64,000 nt of DNA, taken from positions 29,760,001-29,824,000 of the forward strand of contig OZ024759.1 in assembly GCA_964016885.1 (NCBI GenBank), in the 5' to 3' direction. This stretch comes from Eledone cirrhosa. Taxonomy: Eukaryota. The position numbers were made by a program, and so were the translations under genes. The notes under the pieces were generated by a model, which ran no database searches, was not told the DNA's origin, and was given only the letters and a program-made list of their open reading frames with translations. This document shows positions 53,048 to 64,000 of this stretch, piece by piece. How positions within the stretch are numbered: the stretch's first letter is position 1; each line of letters starts with the position of its first letter.

Positions 53048-54003
53048 TGAAGTCGCATGGCTTAGTGGTTAGAGCATTGGGCTTGCAATCGAAAGGTTGT
53101 GAGTTCAATTCTCGGACTGGGTGATGTGTTGTTTCCTTGAGCAAGACTTTATTTCACATTGCTCCAGTTTACTCAGCTGTAGAAATGAGATGATAGGGAC
53201 TGGGGTCCCTATCATTCCACTGCAAAGTGGTCATGGAGGTACCACGGAAAAAAAGCACCCAGCACTCACTGTAAATGAGGTTGGTGTTAGGAAGGGCATC
53301 CAACTGTACAAACCAAGCCAGAATCAGTTCCTGTATGAGCAATACATAAAGGGCCATAACACTATGCAGAAAAGCATGGTGTCTGACGCTCTACCGATAC
53401 TGTTAAACCACTGCCCTATAATAATAATAATAATAATGATTTCTTTATTAACCACAAAGGGTTTAAATCAAGAAAAACATTATGACAGTATAGGATGAGA
53501 TCACAGAGTGTGTATATATGTGTGTATATATGTGAGTATATATGTGTGTATATATGTTTGTGTGTGTCGGTGTGTGGGTTTTGCATGTAAACAAATTTTA
53601 ACAATTTTAAAAAAGAAGATAACAATAAAATTAAAACATAATAATAATCGTTTCTACTTTTGGCACAAGGCCATCAATTACCCAGTACATTACTGGTACT
53701 TTATTTTATCGACCTCGTAAGGATGAAAGGTAAAGTTGACCTCGGCGGGATTTGAACTCAGAATGGAAAGGGCTGTAACTCTATGTGTCAAAACATGACA
53801 TCCGACCCTCTACCGATACTGCCAATCCACCAATTAAAACATAATAATAATAGCAGTAACTCTAACATAGCTTAGTAGATGAAACATGTGAAGTTGTATA
53901 TCTCGTGATATACGGTATGTTTATAAATAAACATTTTGCTATGAATTTGAAAACTGATAGCATAGTGCCATCTAATGTGTTCCAACAGAAGCTACAGAAG
54001 TTA

Positions 54004-54975
54004 AGTAGTTAGCTTCTGTTGGAACACATGAGATGGCTTAGTACTTAGCTTCTGTTGGAACACATGAGATGGCTTAGTACTTAGCTTCTGTTGGAACACA
54101 TGAGATGGCTTAGTACTTAGCTTCTGTTGGAACATACGAGATGGCTTAGTACTTAGCTTTTGTTGGAACATACGAGATGGCTTACTACTTAGCTTCTGTT
54201 GGAACATACTAGATGGCTTCGTACTTAGCTTCTGTTGGAACATACTAAATGGCTTACTACTTAGCTTCTGTTGGAACATACGAGATGGCTTAGTACTTAG
54301 CTTCTGTTGGAACATACTAGCTGGCTTAGTACTTAGCTTCTGTTGGAACATACGAGATGGCTTAGTACTTAGCTTCTGTTGGAACATACGAGATGGCTTA
54401 GTACTTAGCTTCTGTTGGAACATACTAGCTGGCTTAGTACTTAGCTTCTGTTGGAACATACGAGATGGCTTAGTACTTAGCTTCTGTTGGAACATACGAG
54501 ATGGCTTAGTACTTAGCTTCTGTTGGAACATACGAGATGGCTTAGTACTTAGCTTCTGTTGGAACATACTAGATGGCTTAGTACTTAGCTTCTGTTGGAA
54601 CATACTAGATGGCTTACTACTTAGCTTCTGTTGGAACATACGAGATGGCTTAGTACTTAGCTTCTGTTGGAACATACGAGATGGCTTAGTACTTAGCTTC
54701 TGTTGGAACATACTAGATGGCTTAGTACTTAGCTTCTGTTGGAACATACTAGATGGCTTACTACTTAGCTTCTGTTGGAACATACGAGATGGCTTAGTAC
54801 TTAGCTTCTGTTGGAACATACGAGATGGCTTCGTACTTAGCTTCTGTTGGAACATACGAGATGGCTTAGTACTTAGCTTCTGTTGGAACATACAAGATGG
54901 CTTAGTACTTAGCTTCTGTTGGAACACACTAGATGGCTTCGTACTTAGCTTCTGTTGGAACATACGAGATGGCTA
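54004..54975. repeat. Minisatellite, 36-bp unit, about 27 copies
   Basis: AGTACTTAGCTTCTGTTGGAACATACGAGATGGCTT. Confidence 0.97.
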
Positions 54976-54986
54976 AGTAAAATTAA

Positions 54987-55154
54987 GTATTTCCCAGCGC
55001 CAAAGACACTTCGTCCTTGAGGACACACCCTAATTTTAACAACCAAAAATTAAAATAAAAATAATAATCAACCTTTGGCCTCCAGGATGCATGGAAGATA
55101 TTTGAGACTTATTTTAGGAAAAAAGTAGCGTCTGCAATGCCGTGAAATACAGTA
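54987..55154. mobile_element. pogo/Tigger-like MITE relic
   Basis: The right end reads TACTGTATTTCACGGC.....AGACGC on the minus strand; the degenerate left end is GTATTTCCCAGC....AAGACAC. Confidence 0.5.
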
Positions 55155-55706
55155 CTTAGCTTCTGTTGGAGCACACTAGATGGCACTATGCCATCAGCTT
55201 TCAAACTCATATCTGAAGGCTTTCAAAATGTTTGTTTATAAACATACCGTATGTCACCAGATATACAACTTCACATATATAATAATAATAATAATCATAA
55301 TATAATAAAGGGAGGAGTGAGGGACTGTGTCCTGAATATATTTTTTTATCAGTCAAATAAGTCGGATTATTTTGAATAAATAATGAATGAATATTACATA
55401 ATCTATCTACTAAATTTCGTAGCTGTTGATTAAATATAAATATTCTTATATATAATGACTACTTATTTTAAGATTTACTTCTTTTAAAATTTTCAAATAA
55501 CTTCCAGTTATGATATAACAGGCGCTATATCATATCGCTTATATAAAAGTTCATATATTTGCATCATTATACCATAACGTTTATACTGCGTATAATATCA
55601 ATATGCACACTACACATGCTAGTAGAAAAACCACCCAAAGAGTGGTTTTTCTGCTAGTAATAATAACAAAGGAATAAATTGTATGTAAAAAAATACTGGT
55701 ACCAAC

Positions 55707-55882
55707 TTTTTTGCCAGCATCAAAAGGATTCGGAAATGAAAATGGTGAAAGTTTGTTGTATTTGTTGACCATATCTTCAAAATGTGTGTAGTTGCGGTTA
55801 GATGGTGGTTGTGGTGCCATCACTAATAAGGACCGGGCTGCAGCACCACAGTTTAAGTTATCTGTTGGGTTCTCCATTGCTT
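55707..55882 (-). CDS. Receptor-type guanylyl cyclase, internal exon A (extracellular ANF-receptor-like domain)
   Basis: Polypyrimidine acceptor TCTCTTTCCTCTATCAG|AA and donor AAA|GTTGGT. 176 nt encoding (x)AMENPTDNLNCGAAARSLLVMAPQPPSNRNYTHFEDMVNKYNKLSPFSFPNPFDAGKK. Phase 0 join to exon B. Confidence 0.85.
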
Positions 55883-56480
55883 CTGATAGAGGAAAGAGAG
55901 AAATATGGAAAATGCATGAATAAAAATGAATATAAGATAACAAAATAAAATATCAGAATAGAAAATAAAATAAGAACATAAAAAAATAAACAATAAAATA
56001 ACGACAATTTAAATGTATGGATTATATCAAATGATAATTTTTTCTTGGGGAAATATTGTATATTATAAGTTAAATTTGGTTGACAGGAACTATGTGGAAA
56101 TCTGATATGTATATATATACGGAGGTGGTGAGAGCAGACCTCAGATTGCTGAAACTCACGGGGGAGATGACAAAGGACAAGTGGAGAGATGCTGTGCTGA
56201 ATAGGACCCGTCCCACCCTTGCAAGCAAGGAAAAGCGAACGTAAAATGATGATGATGATGATGATGATGTATGTATATATATATGTGTGTGTGTCGTTTT
56301 TGAATTTGATTTGCAAGATTTCTTATCTGAAAACGTGTGTTGAAACAGATATTGTTATACTTTGGGAGGGTCATGTTGCCAATAAAAACTCACTCACCTG
56401 TTTGTTTTCACTTCAATTTATTATAAATTTCTGGTTGGTTGGTTGGTCGGTTCGATAACCGGATGGTTGTTTATATATTG

Positions 56481-56521
56481 TCAAAGCTCTTTTGTCACAC
56501 AATCTGTGACCTCTTCAGTGA
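56481..56521 (-). ncRNA. Degenerate hammerhead relic in the loop of an inverted repeat
   Basis: TCA-CTGAAGA-G-GTCACA gattg TGTGAC-AAAA-GAGC-TT-TGA. G12A is consistent with CpG decay. Confidence 0.5.
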
Positions 56522-56654
56522 TTAAGTTTTTATCAAACCAACCAGCCAGAAATTTATAATAAATTGAAATGAAACCAATAAGTGTGTGTATTTTTATTGG
56601 CAGCATGACCCTCCAATAGTATAACAATATGTATATATATCTATCTATCTATCT

Positions 56655-56933
56655 AGGGCGGGTAAAATTCCCGAGATCCATGGATGAGTTCTCTCCAGCG
56701 GTCCCTGTCCCTCATTATCGCTGCCATGTCCTGCGTATGGGGGCATCCCAAAAGTCAGCTCAAAAGTGACACAGAGGAGACTGCGGTTAGCTGGACATGC
56801 TCACCGACATCCAGAGTTGGCATTGCACTCAGTGCTCCTTTGGGAGCCCCTACATGGACACACTAGAAGAGGAAGACCAAGGTTAATGTATGTTGATGCC
56901 CTAAGGACAGACACTGGTCTGTTGGAGACGCAG

Positions 56934-56935
<2 letters not shown>
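56655..56935 (+). mobile_element. RTE-superfamily (RTEX-like) LINE C-terminal fragment
   Basis: RRLRLAGHAHRHPE...VLLWEPLHGHTRRGRPRLMYVDALRTDTGL. Confidence 0.7.
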
Positions 56936-56998
<63 letters not shown>

Positions 56999-58054
56999 TA
57001 TATATTATCAAGAGTTGGGGCCCTGAAGAGAGCTAAAACACTACAAAGCATTCTATTTGATGTTTTAACGACTTTGACAATTCACCGTTGTCCAGTATGT
57101 AAAACATATGTAAATAAATAGCATTATTGTTTAGAAGTGAATAATATTAATGCCAAAAATTTTGGAAAGAATAATATGATTTATTTATATTTTGAAACTG
57201 ACATAAAGAATGAGGAATGGTATTTATTGTTAGCAAACAAAACTCTTATATTTACGCATGAGAACTAAAGTAGACACTTGAAGATCTTAGGAATGTTCTT
57301 GAAATTATTTTCGATGAATTATTTATTATTTGAGTTTAATACAAGTATTAGCTTCTCTTGTCAATTCTATTTACTAAAGTATACTTTAGTATAGTTTAGT
57401 ATATGATCTTGCATAGTTATTGATCTGTGCAAGTTTACAAAACAACTGTTGTTTTACCAATCTGAAGTAGTTTGTGATGTTTATATTTCAGCTAAAATAT
57501 TCCCAACTCAGCTTTCACCCCTGACAACAGATCTAGCTATGGACTAGCATTATGGAGAGCTTTTATCATCACCATCATCATTACTGTCGTCATCATCATC
57601 ATCATCACCATCATCATCATCATCGTCATTACATTCTTCATCAAAATCATCATCGTCATCATTATTATCATTATCATTATGATGTGGTAGAATGGTAGTT
57701 ATCTTTATTTGGTTTTGGTATTACTAATGCAATAGTTACAAGTAAATTTCCATATATCTGGATGGCACCTTGATGTTCCATGATAACATGTATTAGATAT
57801 AAAAAAAAGAGAAGTTAATTTTACTATTAAATAATTTTAGTACTATTTCATGTACTACACTCCAAGTTTCATTGATGATTTATACCAGTCATGGGCAACT
57901 TATGGCCTGTGAAGCTTTCTGAATGGTTCGCCTAAGTCACCTAAGTGAAATCTTTCTGATTTTCAGTGATTTTAGGAATTGCAATATTAAAAGTGTTGGT
58001 GGCATGATCTGATCCTAGATCGATATTGTGGCTTAATTCCCAGTTTTCTATAAA

Positions 58055-58330
58055 TGGACATGTGTTGGTATGGACATGTGATATGCATGGTGGATGACTA
58101 CTGGGTAAAGAAGTGCCAAGAAATCTCAGTAGAAGGAAGACGCAGTCAAGGAAGACCACGAAAAACATGGGCGGAGGTGGTGAGAGCAGAGCTCAGATCT
58201 CTGAAGCTCACAAAGGAGATGACAAAGGACCGTGATGAATGGAGAGATGCCGTGCTTAATAAGACCCGTTTCACCCTTGCTAACAAGGAAAAGCGGACGT
58301 AAAATGATGATGATGATGATGATGATGATG
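58055..58330 (+). mobile_element. RTE 3' fragment, second family
   Basis: WYGHVICMVDDYWVKKCQEISVEGRRSQGRPRKTWAEVV followed by a (GAT)n tail. Confidence 0.85.
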
Positions 58331-58987
58331 GAAAGGCTGAGAGAGAAGACCACAAATGGTGTATTGTTGAGGTTGCACTTGTGACATTCTGCTTTAGTAG
58401 TGTCATTTTTTATAGGGACAGCTTCTGTAGTAGTGTGATATGGATGAGCAGGAGTTGCACTTGTTATTAAAAATGAAAGCTTTCATTCTACTCCCTTTAA
58501 AATCTCCATTGAGATCAGCGTACCCTTCATTCAGTAAAGAATCTTGGGATTGCTTGTCTATTAGTTCAATTTTGATGTCGTGTGGCTGTTAATTTTGAGG
58601 CTGTCGTGTGTTGATTGGTTGTTATTTTCGATGCTGTCGTGTGTTGATTGGTTAATTTTGATGATGTTGTGTGTTGATTGGTTGTTATTTTTGTTGCTGT
58701 CATGTGTTGATTGGCTATTAATTTCGATGCTGTCATGTGTTGATTGGCTGTTAATTTTGTATTTATTTATAAGGAAACTCAGTGACTTGGATTTACATCC
58801 TTTAATTTGTGTAGATAGGGGGTGTTCATCTATGTGCTTGAGGGCATTGTGTATCACAACTGGATGTGAGGGTTGGATAAGGGCTAATCCAAAACATACA
58901 AAGATTTCTGCAATTGGTGCTTAAAAAGTTCCTCTTGGGTTTTAGGTATAGTTATTGTTATTCTTTCTAATTTGTTTTCTACTTTTA

Positions 58988-59023
<36 letters not shown>

Positions 59024-59057
59024 CACACACACATACGTACACATGTGCACATACATG

Positions 59058-59129
<72 letters not shown>

Positions 59130-59729
59130 TATATAAACATATATGTACACACACACATATATCATCATCATCATCGTTTAATGTCTATCTTCCACGCTAG
59201 CATGGGTTACATTTGCAAGTATATATACAAACACATATATATATATATAGATATATATACACACACACACACATACATATATAAACACATACACACACAC
59301 GCATATATAAACACACACATATATGTACACACAAACACGCACACACATATATATATGTACTTACATGAAATAAATTTTGACTGCCTTTTAAAACGCACAA
59401 ATAAAATATCTTATTACTAAAACAACCATTAAATTATGGAGAGAGGGACCTTCATTTAATATTTTATTATAGTTTTAGTAGTTCCAGGCAGTAGTTGTAA
59501 GTCACATTGGGGCCCAGCACCAAACTAATTAAGAGGATATATTAAAATGTAGGGCAGCAGGACAGTAGACCACAACACAATAGTCTCCATACTTCACTTC
59601 TACACAACATAAGTGCAGCACCATATTTATGGTCTTTGCTTCCTTTTATTGACAGACAATTGTAATCTTCCTTAAGCCAACCAGAAAACCCATTATTTGT
59701 TTACTGGCTTCTACTTAAGCTCTGAAAAC

Positions 59730-59944
59730 ATTAACAACAACAGCAAGACCACCAACAGCAGAACACTTCCACTACCACCACCACCAACACCAACAACAAC
59801 GACAGCAACAGCAACACCAACTACAACACCACCACCTCCAACACCAACAACAACAACAGCAACAGCAACACCACCACTAACACCAACAATAGCAACAACA
59901 GAAAAACCAGTACCACCACCACCACCAACACCAACTACAACACC

Positions 59945-59976
<32 letters not shown>

Positions 59977-60235
59977 CACCAACAATAACGACAACAACAC
60001 CACCACCAACATCAACAATAGCAACAACAGAAAAACCAGTACCACCAACACCAACAACAACTACAACACCACCACCACCACCAACAATAACGACAACAAC
60101 ACCACCACCAACACCAACAATAGCAACAACAGAAAAACCAGTACCACCACCACCACCAACAATAACGACAGCAACACCACCAATAACACCAACAGCAACA
60201 CCAACACCAATACCAACAACAACAACCCCACCAAA
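59730..60235. repeat. (ACC/AAC)n low-complexity tract with a higher-order unit
   Basis: ACAATAGCAACAACAGAAAAACCAGTACCACC recurs three times. Confidence 0.85.
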
Positions 60236-60716
60236 AACAGATCAGAAAATATTTAATTTTCTCCACATGTTTTTCTATTCATTATACAGAGTATTTCAGA
60301 AAAATTAGAGATAATTTGAGATGTAAATATACCAGGAATTACAAAGTCTCGGACAATGAGATTGAGCAGGCTTCTTAATATTTCGTAACACAAGATTTAT
60401 TTTTCAAAATTTGTCAACATTATAACACTACTTCACAATAAATATTCTAATCTGACAACCTTGAGAACAGGCCAAGTGATACCTAATTTTTTTTTAAACA
60501 GCCTGTGTTTTAATAGTTTATTCAATGAACAATGCAATACATGCTTGTTGCAGCAAAACTATACATTCTACATTACTAGTTGTAGTGTTGATTTAGTAGC
60601 TGTGATGTAGGTTTAGTAGTTGTGAAGTTGATTTATCAGTTCCTGTGAACAGTTGATGTCAAAGACTATGTATTACCGAAAAATAATGTCTAATATACAT
60701 GATATACAAAATATCC

Positions 60717-61212
60717 TCATCATCACCGTTTTACGTCCATTCTTCCACGTTAGCATGGGTTAGACGGGTTGTCCTGTTGTGTGCAATGTTAGGTTGGGTG
60801 ACCTTGTCTTGCTCATACGGGAACTGATTTTGGCTACATTTCTACAGCTGGATGCCCTTCCTAACACCAACCTCATTTACAGTGAGTACTGGGTGCTTTT
60901 TTTCTGTGGCACCTACATGACCACTTTACAGTGTGGGCTGAGTGCTTTTTTTTCGTGGCACCTCCATGACCGCTTTACAGTGGGAGGGGGTGGGGGCATA
61001 TTGTCTATATGCCTCAGCTTCGACTTGTACCCGTGGGAAGTCGGGTCTTCTGTATTACTGTGTGACGCCAGAGGTCATGGTCCTGTGTCATCACCATTGA
61101 AAGGTGCAATTGGGCAAGGTCGGCTTTTATCACCTCATCCCAGGTCTGCTTGGGTCTCCCGACTCCATATCTTCCATCAACTTTTAGGGCTCTGCACCTT
61201 TTTATGCAGCTG
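60717..61212 (-). mobile_element. RTE 3' fragment, same family as 45082-47334
   Basis: Reverse complement resembles 46830-47320 (AADLT..HD..W...V C-terminal region, 3' UTR, CCCATGCTA.CGTGGAAGAA.GGACGTAAAACGGTGATGATG). Confidence 0.85.
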
Positions 61213-61234
61213 TCATATATATATATATATATAT

Positions 61235-61550
61235 CTTGTCAACAACAACCCTGAGCACCTTTTTAATTTCCATGTGTCTAACACGTATGGGCATGCCTAC
61301 AAAATCAGAAAACAGCACAGCTCCCATGGTTTTCGGAAACATTTTTTCACGCTCAGAGTTGCTGAAGCATGGAACAAACTACCCGCATCAGCTGTTAGCT
61401 GCCAGGACACTGCATTCTTTAAAACCTCCATGCTTCCTGAAATTCGCCAACACTACACCTGATATCCCGCCTCCATACACATGCACACATGAGTATATCA
61501 TGACTCATACACTGTTCATTTTCCTGACATTTGTACATTATTCTATGTAG
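61235..61550 (+). mobile_element. CR1-group LINE 3' fragment
   Basis: NTYGHAYKI...RKHFFTLRVAEAWNKLPA.AV.....FFK matches the CR1 C-terminal TRGH..K...R..FF..RV...WN.LP motif. Confidence 0.8.
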
Positions 61551-62047
61551 GGCAGTGGATTGGCAGTATCGGTAGAGGGTCGGAAGACCTGCTTTGTAGC
61601 ATAGAATTATGCCCCTTTACGGTCTGAGTTCAAATCCCGCCGAGGTTAACTTTGCCTTTCATCCTTACGGGTTCGATAAAATAAAGTACCAGTAATGCAC
61701 TGGGATAATTGCTGGCTTTGTGCCAAAAGTAGAATCAATTATTCTATGTACTATACATGAACCTTTGATGAGTTGTAGTGCACCTGAACACTCTACACAA
61801 TAATTTCATTATTATTATTATTATTGGTGGGTATAAGGTGGGTGGACTAGCAGTATCGGTAGAGGGTCGGATGCCATGCTTTGTAGCATAGAGTTATGCC
61901 CCTTTATGTTCTGAGTTCAAATCCCTCCGAGGTTAACTTTGCCTTTCATCCTTACGGTGTCAATAAAATAAAGTACCAGTAATGTACTGGGATAAATGCT
62001 GGCCTTGTGCCAAAAGTAGAAACAATTATTATTATTATTATTATTAT

Positions 62048-62364
62048 TTTTGTTGAAAGATGGGTAAGAGAGGCAAGTATGGCCCGAGTGAATGGGCCTA
62101 CTCTGAGTATGTGTCTGTAAATTAAAGGTGGAAAACTGGGAGAGGGCACTTGCCCTGGTGGTCAGGGTCACTGTGGCCTTTTAATGGGCTTTCTCCGCAA
62201 ATGTCCCTCGGAAGTCTCCCCCCTATTGGGGAATTTTTCATTGTTATTTTTTATTACATCCTCTGTTTTTTTTACACGCAGAAATGCCCATTTGTACCGT
62301 CCTGTATTGTCCTGTACTGTCCTTAATGTCTACTTTATGTAAACCCTTGTGGTTAATAAAGAAA

Positions 62365-62366
<2 letters not shown>
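62048..62366 (+). mobile_element. L1/Tx1-like LINE 3' fragment flanked by (ATT)n
   Basis: FVERWVREASMARVNGPTLSMCL*, the shared motif CCCCCTATTGGGGAA, and an end at CCCTTGTGGTTAATAAAGAAATC(ATT)n. Confidence 0.6.
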
Positions 62367-62414
<48 letters not shown>

Positions 62415-63024
62415 GTATGAATCACTACCTCGCTACGGACAACTGATGCTGTACACCTAAGTACACACACATCATCATCTTCATTGTTTAATGTCCATTT
62501 ATCCGGTAAACAATGGTTGGATGTGTTGTCACAGACTGGCCATATTCAAGAGGAGGAACTGATCCTCATGTGGGTGGAGCTTCTGGCATACAATTGTGGC
62601 AGCAAAACTGGGGAAGTTGTCATGTCTTGGACAAAGCTGAAGAATCCTCCCAACCCTTTGTTTGGCAGGTTTTTGATGACTCGATGTTCTTCCTATCACT
62701 AACCCCTTTACAGAGTGTACTGGGTGCATTTTTCATGTAGTTTACCAAGACTAGGGAGGTTGTCATGTCTATGGCAAGATTGAAGAGTCGTTCTAACCAT
62801 TTATTTGGCAAGTTTTCATCTCACAGACCCACACACACACACATGCACACATACATAAACACACATACACACATATGCACTCACACACACACACACATGC
62901 ACACACATACATATATATATCATCATCATCACCAAACTTCACATTTTCTTTATTCTCTCTCTCTCTATATATATGTGTGTGTATTTGTGGGTGCTTACAC
63001 AGGGGTGTGCGTGTGTTTGTGGGA

Positions 63025-63058
<34 letters not shown>

Positions 63059-64000
63059 TTGTGGGTGTTTACACAGGTGTGTGTGTGTATGTGTGTGTGT
63101 ATGTGTGCGTGTTTGTCGGTGTTTACGTGGGTGTGTGTGTGTGTTTGTGGGCGTGTACATGAGTGTGTATGTGTGTGCGTTTGTCTGTGTTTACGTAGGT
63201 GTGTGTGTGTGTTTGTGGGCGTGTACATGAGTGTGTATGTGTGTACATGAGTGTGTATGTTTACGTGGGTGGGTGTGTGCGTTTGTAGGCGTGTACATGT
63301 GTGTGTATAAACTATGTAATTATGTAATAGTGTGAAGCTAACCCTGCTATAATGTGGCATACATGAAAACTAAGATACAGCGAGGAGATTGCTGGCTGAC
63401 TTGAAGCTTTTCTGAACATTTTCTTTTGAATGTAATAATGGAGAACAAATAAACAAAAAAGGATTTCTTTTATGTTTTCTGACAGATTGTCATTTGCTAG
63501 CCAGACAAATAGGAATATTATTTCCTTCTCTGCATGGCATTTCATAATTTTCTTTCTCAAATTAAACATATGGTATACATTTGTTGTTATTACCATCATA
63601 ATAGTAATCACCATCATTGTTTCATGTCAATTTTCCAAGCTAGCATGGGTTAGACAAGTTGTCCCATATTTTTCCTTCTCAAATTAAACATATGGTATAC
63701 ATTTGTTGTTATTACCAAAATAATTGTTTCTACTTTTTGGCACAAGGCCAGCAATTATCCCAGTGTATTACTGGTACTTTATTTTATCGAACCCCGTAAA
63801 GATGAAAGGCAAAGTTAACCTCGGCGGGATTTGAACTCAGTCCATAAAGGGACGTAACTATGCTGGAAAGCATGGCGTCCGACCCTCTACCGATACTGTC
63901 AATCCAATAATAATGATTTCTACTATAGGCACAAGGTCAGCAATTTTGGAGGAGGGGAAAGTCGCTTAAATTGATCTCAGTACGTTACTGGTACTTTATT

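Noticed and set aside
59697-60308. Mucin- or extensin-like Pro/Thr ORF
   Set aside because: An (ACC/AAC)n expansion on the strand opposite the host gene, with no signal peptide or supported splice context.

Overview
AT-rich, microsatellite-saturated eukaryotic DNA, most likely from an octopus. The basis is (TA)n/(CA)n/(GAT)n density, Nin-domain and tRNA-derived SINEs, and RTE LINEs; the taxon is inferred, not proven. Five minus-strand exons (55882-55707, 40490-40355, 32042-31885, 15212-15107, 10643-10565) join in frame with GT-AG borders. They encode the distal extracellular (ANF-receptor-type) domain, juxtamembrane Cys hinge and transmembrane helix of a receptor guanylyl cyclase; the rest of the gene appears to lie outside the window. 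The introns hold a 5'-truncated RTE LINE with an open RT frame and a PHD-like insert, CR1, L1/Tx1 and RTE fragments, dozens of SINEs, MITEs, several homogeneous minisatellites and a 200-N gap. Three things stand out. (1) About a dozen type I hammerhead ribozyme motifs from at least five unrelated families, several with the palindromic helix III and U3-A8 core typical of Penelope-like elements. (2) About a dozen long fold-back palindromes next to (TA)n tracts, many carrying those ribozymes. (3) Intronic tandem copies of the gene's own splice junctions at three exons. Nearly all ORF-track entries are microsatellite artefacts. Coordinates were read by hand, and repeat boundaries may be off by a few bases.
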